A program made the translations under genes and the position numbers. The notes beneath the pieces were generated by a model, which searched no databases, had not been told where the DNA came from, and saw nothing but the letters and a program-made list of their open reading frames with translations. Of a stretch of DNA of 64,000 nt, positions 47,727 to 56,868 are shown one piece after another. The stretch lies in the NCBI GenBank assembly GCA_964496855.1, contig CAZCAU010000001.1:62-64061 (forward strand), read 5' to 3'. Each line of letters begins with the position of its first letter. The stretch's first letter is position 1. Source of the stretch: an uncultured Desulfurococcales archaeon. GTDB taxonomy: Archaea; Thermoproteota; Thermoprotei_A; Sulfolobales; CAZCAU01.

Positions 47727-49157
47727 TCAACCGCTGAGCTCAGAGATTATCTCTCTATACTTCTCTATAGCTTTATCTCTCCATGTCGATTTTAACGCAT
47801 TTAGGTATGACGGATCCTTCTTTATTAGGTCATTGATGCTTTTAGCGTATTCTTCTGTAAATTTAACTATTTCGCCTGTACGTGGATCCTTGAACTCCAG
47901 TGGCTCTCCCAGTTTTGCTGCATATGCTTTGAACTCCTCTTTACTTATACGGCCGCTTACATATGCGTTAACTATGGTTCTCCAAGCTTCTACTAGATCA
48001 TCGTGTGCATCCACTAATACTGCTTTAAAGTATTCTTGCATAGCTCTCTCTGTAGCTAAGGCTCTGGTATCGTTAAAGTTTATACTCTGAGTATTCAGAA
48101 CTGCGTAGTAACGGTTCTTCAGATCCTCTCTTTGTTTACCAGCTGGTGTTTCGAATACTTTGGGGTTAGCAGGCAATCTATTTATTTGTTGATCCATCCA
48201 GACTTGTTGACCGCCGCTTTCTGATAAGACCCATGCGATAAATGCTTCTGCTGCCTCCTTATGTTTCGAACCCTTGATGAGAGCTATAGGGTCACCGTTA
48301 ATTATCGAAGCGCCTTGTGGCACTATGTACTCACAGTTGGGATTTAAGACCATTGCTGTATAACCATAGAAGTCTATGGTTATACCTACGGCTATTTCTC
48401 CATTTATAACACCTATTCTCACGGCATCACTAGCATCATATACTCTGGAGTTTCCGGCTATCCTAGCGAGTAGCTTCCATCCCTCTTCCCAGCCATATGC
48501 TTGAAGAATTATTTCATAAATTCTCGTGTTACTTGTGCTCTTCGTGGGATCGGCTATGCCGACAAGGAGCTGGCCGGTTTTTGCAAGATCTATGGAACCC
48601 AGGTCTGCCCACGTCTTAGGTGTCGGAAGCCCGTACTCATTCAAAACTTCTTTGTTTATCGTAAATCCAAACGAGGAAATAGCTGCTGCAACCCACATCA
48701 ACTCGCCCTTATCGTTATACCTCTTAAGAGGAACACCACTTATGTCGTCTGGGATTTTAGCAACTTCTTCTAAGACAAGGTCGCTGGTTAAAGGTTCTAG
48801 ATAATCATCTTCCAGTAACATGTCGAAAAGTGTAGGGCCGCCACCCCATCCTATGTCAACGCCGCCTCTAGCAATATACGATTCCCATAATGCTGGTCCT
48901 ACCTCGATAAATTTGAGATCTTTTATGTTGTACTTCTTTGCTATTTCACTGCTCAGGAAAAGCTGCTTTGTCTTTTCCTGTATTGTCGTATCATGTCTAG
49001 TTATTATCACTAGCGTTATTCCCTTCTCACCAACAGGAGTCGTAGTCTCCTTTCCACCACCCTTCGTCAAAAGCCACAAGCCGCCAGCAATTACGCCGAT
49101 GATTATAATCACTAGAATAAGAATGCTAACAGATCTACTCACCAACAATACCACCAA
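47727..49157 (-). CDS. ABC transporter substrate-binding protein (Fe3+/thiamine-type family 1), N-terminally anchored
   Basis: 476 aa with a TTG start. N-terminal TM then a GGGKETTTP linker. Family-1 SBP-like GGVDIGWGGGPTLF region. First gene of the transporter operon. Confidence 0.75.
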   Translation of the reverse strand: MVVLLVSRSVSILILVIIIIGVIAGGLWLLTKGGGKETTTPVGEKGITLVIITRHDTTIQEKTKQLFLSSEIAKKYNIKDLKFIEVGPALWESYIARGGVDIGWGGGPTLFDMLLEDDYLEPLTSDLVLEEVAKIPDDISGVPLKRYNDKGELMWVAAAISSFGFTINKEVLNEYGLPTPKTWADLGSIDLAKTGQLLVGIADPTKSTSNTRIYEIILQAYGWEEGWKLLARIAGNSRVYDASDAVRIGVINGEIAVGITIDFYGYTAMVLNPNCEYIVPQGASIINGDPIALIKGSKHKEAAEAFIAWVLSESGGQQVWMDQQINRLPANPKVFETPAGKQREDLKNRYYAVLNTQSINFNDTRALATERAMQEYFKAVLVDAHDDLVEAWRTIVNAYVSGRISKEEFKAYAAKLGEPLEFKDPRTGEIVKFTEEYAKSINDLIKKDPSYLNALKSTWRDKAIEKYREIISELSG

Positions 49158-49376
49158 TAATAGAGTGAATATACAGGACTATATTAAGATAGCATTAATG
49201 TATTGCATAGTCTCTATAGCTATCCGAAATAATACGCTTACAAGGTACCAGTATTACTATGCTGTATTACTAATGTAGAAGCAGTTCAGTGCTACTATCT
49301 AAAAGGCTTAGTGATAACTCGGTATGAGAACCGTTTTAATACCTTCAATAATGAAAAATAACCTGGTGATGTACTA

Positions 49377-50399
49377 GTGAAAAAAGTCATCCCCAGCTTC
49401 GTTCTTCTATTAATACTAGCACTAGGAGTACTGGGTTCTCTTCCAAGCGCTTCCGCGCTAAAAATAGTAGCCGCGGCGGATCTGGCTCATGGCGAAAGCG
49501 ATAAAATGCTAGACGATCTAATGGGTAATCTCACGCAGTTTGAATGGATAAAGATAGAGGAACCATTTACTTATGATTTATTGAAAGATTTTGATGTCCT
49601 AATAATAGGTCAGCCCACAACAGCACTAACATCGGATGAGCTAAATGCTTTGAAAAAATGGTTTAGCGAGGGCAACAAGGTTTTATGGGTAGCTGGAGAC
49701 AGCGACTATGGTGCTGGTAGCGATAGCCAATTTGCAGCCAATAGTATTTTGGAGACCATAGGATCTAAACTACGTATAGATTACAGCTCTGTTTATGACG
49801 ACGTTGTAAACGCCGGTCGTTTCTACAGAGTTGTTGGCACTATAAGCCCTGATAAAGGCGCAGAAGCTGTAGCTGAGGGTGTAACAAAAGGTGTCTTGTT
49901 CCACGGTCCCGCGCCTCTAGCATGGGTTGACGCGGAGGGCAACTGGCATAATCTGACCGCAACTAAGCCAGATAATGTATTTAGAATAGCCTGGACTTCA
50001 GAAAATGGTTATGTAGCTGATAACAATCCGCCAACAAGCATGGCATATGTAAATGAAATAGCTAACAAGATTAGATCGAAATACGTATTGCTAGCAGTAG
50101 AAGTTATAAACGTCAATGGTGTCAACAGCGTAGTAATTGTAAGTGGCGAGTCGCCTTACGGTGACTACCAACCAGGCTGGTCCACCGAGTACTATGGAGT
50201 ACAGCTTGATGGACCAAAGTTCATAACTAATCTGTTATCCTGGGCAACATCAATGGCGTTCACCAAAACCGTTACCACGACAACAACCGTTACTGATACA
50301 ACCACAATAACAGAGACAAACTGGGGTACAGCTGGTGGTCTAGCCATACTGCTATTTGTAGTAGGACTAGCTATAGGGTATCTAGCTAAGAGAAAATGA
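49377..50399 (+). CDS. Secreted/surface-anchored protein of unknown function (DUF4350/GldG-like guess)
   Basis: 340 aa. Signal peptide ...LPSASA. FDVLIIGQPTTALTSDELNALKKWFSEGNKVLWVAGDSDYG region. Thr-rich stalk (TKTVTTTTTVTDTTTITET) plus a C-terminal TM and a KRK tail. Confidence 0.5.
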   Translation: MKKVIPSFVLLLILALGVLGSLPSASALKIVAAADLAHGESDKMLDDLMGNLTQFEWIKIEEPFTYDLLKDFDVLIIGQPTTALTSDELNALKKWFSEGNKVLWVAGDSDYGAGSDSQFAANSILETIGSKLRIDYSSVYDDVVNAGRFYRVVGTISPDKGAEAVAEGVTKGVLFHGPAPLAWVDAEGNWHNLTATKPDNVFRIAWTSENGYVADNNPPTSMAYVNEIANKIRSKYVLLAVEVINVNGVNSVVIVSGESPYGDYQPGWSTEYYGVQLDGPKFITNLLSWATSMAFTKTVTTTTTVTDTTTITETNWGTAGGLAILLFVVGLAIGYLAKRK

Positions 50400-50529
50400 G
50401 TTAAAAGTTCTTTAGACACTATTCATCCCATCTTTTTCTACACTTGATAAAACAACCTGTGTGTTCCGCTTCTCGTCTCAAAGCCTTAATAGCTATCTAT
50501 ACCTTTTTGTTACATAAAAGCAAGAGAGC

Positions 50530-52137
50530 GTGTTTTATGTTTTGAAAATAGCAATAATTACAAGCAAGCTCGGAGAGGGGATAATAAAAGAAGTACTGAG
50601 AAGAGAGCCTGATATAGCGAGTTTAGTAAAGATAATTAGCCTAGATGTTCCTGCAATAGGTCTCATGAGTGCTTCTATGATTGCAGATCATCTAAAGAAT
50701 AAACACAAGGAACTCTCAGGTATAGATCTAATCCTTGTGCCAGGCACGATAAGAGATAATGTATCACCTATCCAGGAAGCTACTGGTATTGAAACTTACA
50801 AAGGGCCTGATGATCCATCAGACTTGCCTAGAGTAATAAAAGCTGTACTGGAAGGAGCGAGTCTATCAAAAGAAGTTTCTGCCACAATTATTTTAGGACT
50901 AGACATTATGAGGACTGCTTTTGAAGAGTTAAAGAAAATGAAAAGAGAATACATTGAGACAAAGAGTGGGTTAAAAATCCCCCTACGTCCTCCGCCATTT
51001 ATAATAGCATCTGAGATACCACCACACGTATCCGTAGATGATATCTGTAAGTTTGCCCAAGAGTATGAAGAGTATCATAGCGATATAATTGTTCTTGGAT
51101 TCGGTTACGAGGAAGCTCTCGAGACAGCTATTGCGAAATTGAAGACCCTGAGTAAGTGTACTTCCAAGGCTATAGGAATAGAAACACAAAACCCAGAACT
51201 AATAGCCAAGCTCTCGCATGAAGAAAATGTAGACATAGTATTTGGTATCACAAAACAGCATACAAATCATATTTACAAGATGAATAGAGATACTGCGTAT
51301 GTCGCTGTCGCTCCAACAACTAGTCCTACAGATAACTATGTCACCAACATATACGATGATCTTAGAAGAGCTGTCAATGTTTTTAGAAGCTATGGTATGC
51401 AGAAAATAGCTGTGGATCCAGTACTGCGTCTCCCATTCTTAGGTCTAGCAGAGAGTATTGTGCTTTATGATCTTGTAGCGCGTAATCTTAAAGACACGCC
51501 AATAGCTGCAAGTATTTCGAATGTTGTAGAGAATATGGATGCTGATAGTATAGGTGTTAACGCTCTACTAGTGAGTATTTTAGGGGAGCTAGGGGTATCC
51601 ATATTTTATGTTGTAAAAGATAAATGGAAAGCGAGATACTCGTTACCAGAAGTTTTCTTAGCAAGTACTATGGCAACTATAAGTCTTGTTAAAAAAAGAG
51701 CACCAGAAGATTTGGGAGTAGATATGCTGTTCTTAAGGGATAAGAATCCTGCCTCGCCACTACTAGAAAATGAGGAGAAAACGCGAGAACTCATTATAGT
51801 CAAAGATGTTATTGAACCCTTCAGCATCGAAGACAACTATGTGAGAATAGCTGTGGATCACGATGAGAAGATGATAAAATTAGCTGTGTATAGTATTAGA
51901 GATCCCGAGAGAAAACCTATTGTAATAATAAAAGGTACTGATGCAATGAGCATTCTACGCCAGCTTATCCAAAAAGATCTTATAAAGCTTAGAGATCATA
52001 TAGCATATATCGGCTATGAACTTGGCAAAGCAGAGACTGCACTAATTACTGGAAAAAAGTATGTTCAAGACATGCCTCTAATAGAAAGTATAAACTCAAA
52101 AATTGAAAGGGTTCAAAAGTGGTTAAAGCACAAGTAA
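50530..52137 (+). CDS. Dihydropteroate synthase-like protein (archaeal MJ0107-type, pterin-binding)
   Basis: 535 aa. N-terminal KIAIITSKLGEG...DLILVPGTIRDN...YKGPDDPSDLP resembles my recollection of the archaeal DHPS-related family. Not verified by alignment. Confidence 0.5.
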   Translation: MFYVLKIAIITSKLGEGIIKEVLRREPDIASLVKIISLDVPAIGLMSASMIADHLKNKHKELSGIDLILVPGTIRDNVSPIQEATGIETYKGPDDPSDLPRVIKAVLEGASLSKEVSATIILGLDIMRTAFEELKKMKREYIETKSGLKIPLRPPPFIIASEIPPHVSVDDICKFAQEYEEYHSDIIVLGFGYEEALETAIAKLKTLSKCTSKAIGIETQNPELIAKLSHEENVDIVFGITKQHTNHIYKMNRDTAYVAVAPTTSPTDNYVTNIYDDLRRAVNVFRSYGMQKIAVDPVLRLPFLGLAESIVLYDLVARNLKDTPIAASISNVVENMDADSIGVNALLVSILGELGVSIFYVVKDKWKARYSLPEVFLASTMATISLVKKRAPEDLGVDMLFLRDKNPASPLLENEEKTRELIIVKDVIEPFSIEDNYVRIAVDHDEKMIKLAVYSIRDPERKPIVIIKGTDAMSILRQLIQKDLIKLRDHIAYIGYELGKAETALITGKKYVQDMPLIESINSKIERVQKWLKHK

Positions 52138-53042
52138 CTACGCCTACGTACCTAAGGCTCGGTGTAATAGACTTCTATGATCGTATCCTAGAGTTTGGAC
52201 TAGCTGTAGAGGATCCTAGAATAACTATTGAAGTACAAGAGAGTGAAAGTGGAGAAGCAAAAATAGAGTGTATGAGAGATATTAATGATGATCTTTGTAA
52301 CCTGGCATTAAAGAGCCTACAGTATCAGAGCCCTATACATAGAGAAAACAGAGATAGCAAAAGATACAATGTTATTATAAAGTCTCTGCCACAAACTTTT
52401 GGAACAGACGAGGCAAACCTGTTGAAACTCGCTGTAGAGACAGCTTTAAACCTGTTATCTAGAAAGATACAGCCAATACGCGAGATTGCCGCAAAAATAG
52501 GTTTATACCCTAACAACATTTTTAGCGTTGCAATGTTCGAGTACGGTGGATTCCTCGAGACAATGACTTTAAAAAACTTAGGAGTCGGAGCACCTATCTT
52601 TAGAACACAACTGCCTACTAATCTTCGAGTTGTAATTATAGGCTCTAAGAATAATATTTCCAAGAACAACGAAGTAGGCTTATCACATAGTACACAGAGG
52701 TATAAGGTGCTTGAAGCCCTTTATGAGTTCAAATTATTCTCTATGATGAGAGACTATAATGGATTACTAAAAGCTCTTAGTAAGCTAAGCGAGATAATGG
52801 AGTATAAGGATAACTATTCAATCGATGCTTTTAGCAAGATAATTGAGAATGTAAAGAAGCTTGGAATAGCAAGATACATCGCGCTGGATGCTACTGGTTT
52901 GAGACTCATAATAATTTTACCGCCTACAGCACCTTCCAAAACCCTATGTGTTATAAGAAACCTTATAGAACAAGAATTATTTCACATTACTACTACTGTG
53001 CCAAGGAATAATGGAAGCCTCATTAGGATAGTAGAAGGCTAA
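52119..53042 (+). CDS. Beta-ribofuranosylaminobenzene 5'-phosphate synthase-like protein (GHMP-kinase fold), divergent
   Basis: 307 aa. N-terminal VTTPTYLRLGVIDF...FGLAVEDPRITIEV parallels the MJ1427 pattern TPSRIHMGLIDL...GIGLALEEPNIKIE. The GHMP Gly-rich loop looks degenerate. 19-nt overlap with the DHPS-like gene. Confidence 0.45.
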   Translation: MVKAQVTTPTYLRLGVIDFYDRILEFGLAVEDPRITIEVQESESGEAKIECMRDINDDLCNLALKSLQYQSPIHRENRDSKRYNVIIKSLPQTFGTDEANLLKLAVETALNLLSRKIQPIREIAAKIGLYPNNIFSVAMFEYGGFLETMTLKNLGVGAPIFRTQLPTNLRVVIIGSKNNISKNNEVGLSHSTQRYKVLEALYEFKLFSMMRDYNGLLKALSKLSEIMEYKDNYSIDAFSKIIENVKKLGIARYIALDATGLRLIIILPPTAPSKTLCVIRNLIEQELFHITTTVPRNNGSLIRIVEG

Positions 53043-53055
53043 GCAAAACACATAC

Positions 53056-53847
53056 CTATGTGCTAATGCTAAGTATGTTCCATTTTCTCGTAGAACCATC
53101 AAAATAGACGAATCCCTTTTCCTTTAGCTTCTTAAATAGCTTATACTCTTGTCTACGAAGCATTATCTTTATCTCGTCTTCATTAGAAGTCGTTATTTCA
53201 GATATTTTACGTAGGAATCTCTCCCAGAACTCTTTATCCACGGCTATTCTCTCATCCCCTAAATTCAATATAACTGCTCCTTCTCTTCTCAATTTCTCGA
53301 AGAAGGCATCAGCATCTTTAAGCCAGCTAAGCTCAGACTCGTAAACTGCACCTTGCTCCTTTAGTCTTGCTATAGCTGATTTACGTGGATGGAATGCATA
53401 AGCTGGTTTTTCACGGGAAGGTATAGCAACAGCCTGTTCTCTTGCTTCCTCTTTCTCTTTAAGGGCTTGTTCAATCTCCTCTATCCGCTCTTGGAGTTCG
53501 GCTATCCTCCTAGCCAGCTCATCAACTTTTGAGGTAAAAGGATTAATGATGTCTGTTATTCTTCTCTCGACCCTCGCCACTATCTTGTCTATGTTTTCTC
53601 CAGTCGTTTTGAGCGGTCCACCTATTCTCTCAACTATTTTGTTCAAGACGTGCTCAGGAATATCTCCCTGCATTAATCTTCTTATGTCTTCAAGTATTCT
53701 CTCTTCCTCGAAATCATGCTCAATACCAAGTTCTCTGTATATAAGGCTACGTACATAATCAGTTACTAGAAAGAAGCCCTCCTCTCTAGCTTTTTCTCTA
53801 AGCCTCTCAATGACCTTCTCGGGAAGCTTTATTATTATAGTACCCAC
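53056..53847 (-). CDS. Hypothetical protein: N-terminal ribbon-helix-helix-like segment, coiled coil, C-terminal winged-helix-like repeats
   Basis: 263 aa. IIIKLPEKVIERLREKAREEG (RHH-like). ELARRIAELQERIEEIEQALKEKEEA coiled coil. C-terminal LFKKLKEKGFVYFDGSTRKW. Confidence 0.45.
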   Translation of the reverse strand: MGTIIIKLPEKVIERLREKAREEGFFLVTDYVRSLIYRELGIEHDFEEERILEDIRRLMQGDIPEHVLNKIVERIGGPLKTTGENIDKIVARVERRITDIINPFTSKVDELARRIAELQERIEEIEQALKEKEEAREQAVAIPSREKPAYAFHPRKSAIARLKEQGAVYESELSWLKDADAFFEKLRREGAVILNLGDERIAVDKEFWERFLRKISEITTSNEDEIKIMLRRQEYKLFKKLKEKGFVYFDGSTRKWNILSIST

Positions 53848-53940
53848 TATAATTCTCCTCTAATTTCATTACGAAATCACAATATATAAAAGTAGTATTT
53901 CATTGAAGGATAATAGTGAGGATTTTTTCTAGAGCAACAG

Positions 53941-53994
53941 CTGTGATGAGGGCCGTACTAACAGAGCCTATGAAGAATCCCTTAAGTGCTGAGC
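53941..53994 (+). ncRNA. C/D box sRNA (2'-O-methylation guide) candidate
   Basis: Box layout: C box GTGATGA (53943-53949), 12-nt guide GGGCCGTACTAA, D' CAGA (53962-53965), 3-nt linker GCC, C' (A)TGAAGA (53970-53976), 12-nt guide ATCCCTTAAGTG, D box CTGA (53989-53992). GC/GC terminal pairs. TATA-like GATAATAG about 27 nt upstream. Ends 15 nt before the ZPR1 ATG. Confidence 0.65.
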
Positions 53995-54009
53995 ATAGAG
54001 GTTAAGAGT

Positions 54010-54621
54010 ATGAATAATAATAACAACAACGTAGATGTTGGAACAGGAACACTAAAAGAGTTGTATCGTACAACTATAGAATGCCCTGTATGCAGGACAA
54101 ATAGTTTGGAGTACGCTGAGTACCTGTACGATGTACCTCGTATTGGGAAGATAGTGCTAAGTACGGGAAAATGCAAGAAATGCGGGTTCAAAACAAATGA
54201 TGCACGTATTCTAGAGGCTACTAAACCGAAGAAGATAATAATTCACGTAACTAGTCCTAACGATCTAAATATTCTCATAGTTAGGTCCTCCTCTACACGT
54301 GTGATTCTGCCAGAACTTGGTATAGATATAAAACCTGGACCAGCCTCGCAGGGATATATAACCACTATTGAGGGTGTGCTACATAGAGTAAAAGAAGTCC
54401 TTGAAAGCGTGTGTACATACGAAGAGGTAAATAAAGAAGCATGCGAAAAGCGTCTAGAAGAAGTAGAAGAAGCAATTAATGGAAAAAAGAGTTTTAGATT
54501 AATAATGCTTGACCCAGAAGGTGTCGGCGCTGTTGACACTGATAAGGCTGTCATAAAAGAGCTAAAAAGAGATGAGTATGAGAAAGAGCTGGAATTTTTT
54601 ATGGAGGAAGAAAAATCTTAG
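54010..54621 (+). CDS. ZPR1-type zinc-finger protein
   Basis: CPVCRTNSLEY...GKCKKCGF zinc ribbon followed by a ZPR1 beta-domain-like sequence. The ORF track starts at GTG 53986, inside the sRNA candidate. The ATG at 54010 (MNNNNNNVDVG) is preferred. Confidence 0.8.
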   Translation: MNNNNNNVDVGTGTLKELYRTTIECPVCRTNSLEYAEYLYDVPRIGKIVLSTGKCKKCGFKTNDARILEATKPKKIIIHVTSPNDLNILIVRSSSTRVILPELGIDIKPGPASQGYITTIEGVLHRVKEVLESVCTYEEVNKEACEKRLEEVEEAINGKKSFRLIMLDPEGVGAVDTDKAVIKELKRDEYEKELEFFMEEEKS

Positions 54622-54679
54622 TTTGAAACACCCTCGTTGAGTATCGATGAACAGTGTTTTGGGTAGCTTTCTTTATTAC

Positions 54680-55207
54680 TTACTCTACTTTTACTTCTAT
54701 CCCTTCCTCTTCTTTCTTCTCCTTTTCTAGCTTCTCGATTCTGATTTCTAACACACCGTTCTTGTAACTAGCTTTCGCTGTCTCTGGCTTTACCGGCTTA
54801 GGGAGTCTGACTTCCTTATAGTATTTTCTATACTCGTTACTAGCCTGTATAATAAGTTTGTTCTTTGTAGCATTAATCTTAATCTTGTTCTTATCAACAC
54901 CAGGGACCTCAGCAACTATAATAATGTTTTCGCCTTCCTCGAACACATCAACAAGGGGCTCACGTTCCTCTGTTATTCTAGGTCTACCAGCCTCTCTCCG
55001 GACATTACCGAACTCTTCTATAATCGGCTTGCCGTCAGGACCTATGGTTATTCTAAAACCGTATACGAAGGGTCCTCGTACCTCGAGCCCTCTTTCTCTA
55101 ACAAGTCGTTCAAATTCACGCTCTAACTCGTAGAACTCTTCCTCGAATTCTCTAAGCATCTCCTCAAATATGTCGAAAATTCCTCTTCTTCTCCTGAAGA
55201 AGCTCAT
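54680..55207 (-). CDS. hsp20: Small heat-shock protein, Hsp20/alpha-crystallin family
   Basis: 175 aa. Alpha-crystallin domain VDVFEEGENIIIVAEVPGV...ASYKNGVLEIRIEK. Confidence 0.9.
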   Translation of the reverse strand: MSFFRRRRGIFDIFEEMLREFEEEFYELEREFERLVRERGLEVRGPFVYGFRITIGPDGKPIIEEFGNVRREAGRPRITEEREPLVDVFEEGENIIIVAEVPGVDKNKIKINATKNKLIIQASNEYRKYYKEVRLPKPVKPETAKASYKNGVLEIRIEKLEKEKKEEEGIEVKVE

Positions 55208-55362
55208 TTCTTATCACCTATTATCTCAAGACTCTCAATAACAATATATGGTTATTTCTTAGAGCTAATTAAAATAACGATACAAGGCTCTAAAGAGGAA
55301 TAAAATTTATGAAGATATTTTAATAATAACAAATACATACCCGGTACTATCTGGTGTAAGTC

Positions 55363-56718
55363 ATGGAAAAAGACCGCTACGAAGTTGTTATCGCCGGCTT
55401 AGGTCCTGCTGGAGCCTCCTTGCTATACCTGTTATCAGAAAAAGGCGTAAACGCTCTCGGTATAGATATGGTTAATGAAGACAAGCTTTGGGGCAAGCCT
55501 TGCGGCGATGCTATAGGGAGACACCACTTTGTTGAGACAGGTATCCCTGAGCCCCGAGGAGAAGAGATAAAGCAACAGGTGAAAGGAATACTCATATTTA
55601 GTCCAGACGAAGACGTAGTCTTCAAAGTTGATGGGGAAGGCTATATTATTGATAGAAACCTAGTTGGTCGCAGAATAGTTAGACAATCAATCAATAATGG
55701 AGCTGAAGTCTTGTTAAGACATAGAGTTGTAAAACCGGTTATGGAAGGAGGTCGTGTCAAAAGCCTTCTCGTAGAGAACAATAGAGGTGATAGATTCCAA
55801 GTCTTAGCTGATATTTTTGTAGATGCCACTGGAAATAGTAGTGCTATAAGATTGCTATTACCTGCTGAGTGGCCTATTTCTGAGAGAATAAACCCGAGAG
55901 ACACCAACATAGCTTATAGAGAGATACGAGAATTAGAGTATGATATCGAGAACCCGGAATACATTAGAATATATTTAAACCAGGACATTGCACCCGGAGG
56001 TTACTGGTGGTTCTTTCCTGAAGGAAAGAATAAAGCAAATATCGGTCTGGGCGTCCAGGGAGGAGTCGGGCACCCTAATCCTAAAAAGCTCTTCTACACG
56101 AAACTTGCTAGAAGAGATGAGATAAGTAAATACACGAACATATTATCAGCTGGTGGATCTTATGTTCCTACGCGCAGACCTCTGGACACACTAATATGGT
56201 CTAATATGATAGTTATAGGGGATTCTGGGTACACAGTAAACCCTGTGCACGGCGGCGGTATGGGATATGCTATGCATGCTGCACTTCAAGCAAGAAACAC
56301 TATTTTGAGGGCCTTGGAAAACGGTATCACACAGGAAAATTTATGGAGCATAAACACCAGTTATATGCACACACTAGGTGCTAAACAAGCAAGTCTAGAT
56401 ATCTTCAGGATATTCTTGCAAAAACTAAGTAATAATGAAATAGAATATGGTATGAAATACAGAGTAATGAAGGAAGAAGACGTCTACGATACAAGTGTTA
56501 GTGGTGAGGTAAAGGCAGATATCTCTGTACTAGATAAGTTATCAAGAATACTACGTGGTTTGGGAAGACCATCTCTTCTCATGAAATTAGCTCTGGTGGC
56601 AGAATACAGTAAGAAGATAAAAAAACTTTACATAAAATACCCAGAAAACCCAACAGAATTTACAACATGGCAAAATGCTTTACATAACCTTTACAGGGAA
56701 TACATCTCTCGACTTTAA
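55363..56718 (+). CDS. Geranylgeranyl reductase-family FAD-dependent oxidoreductase
   Basis: 451 aa. Dinucleotide-binding VVIAGLGPAGAS, CGDAI and GDSGYTVNPVHGGGMG motifs. Confidence 0.8.
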   Translation: MEKDRYEVVIAGLGPAGASLLYLLSEKGVNALGIDMVNEDKLWGKPCGDAIGRHHFVETGIPEPRGEEIKQQVKGILIFSPDEDVVFKVDGEGYIIDRNLVGRRIVRQSINNGAEVLLRHRVVKPVMEGGRVKSLLVENNRGDRFQVLADIFVDATGNSSAIRLLLPAEWPISERINPRDTNIAYREIRELEYDIENPEYIRIYLNQDIAPGGYWWFFPEGKNKANIGLGVQGGVGHPNPKKLFYTKLARRDEISKYTNILSAGGSYVPTRRPLDTLIWSNMIVIGDSGYTVNPVHGGGMGYAMHAALQARNTILRALENGITQENLWSINTSYMHTLGAKQASLDIFRIFLQKLSNNEIEYGMKYRVMKEEDVYDTSVSGEVKADISVLDKLSRILRGLGRPSLLMKLALVAEYSKKIKKLYIKYPENPTEFTTWQNALHNLYREYISRL

Positions 56719-56868
56719 ACATCAATACCATCTTAATATTTCGTGTATGGTTTTGTTTTATTACTATAAATAATTTTTATCATAGTTTATAATTATAAAA
56801 GTTAAATTTAAAACTAATTTTTGTTCCCACAATATTCTAAGATCTATACGGGTAAAAACGGTGGGAAA

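Noticed and set aside
55259-55293. Inverted repeat TTAGAGC-N21-GCTCTAA in the divergent hsp20/geranylgeranyl-reductase promoter region; considered as a heat-shock operator.
   Set aside because: 7-bp arms at that distance are expected by chance fairly often in a 155-nt AT-rich spacer. I know of no matching archaeal heat-shock regulator motif.
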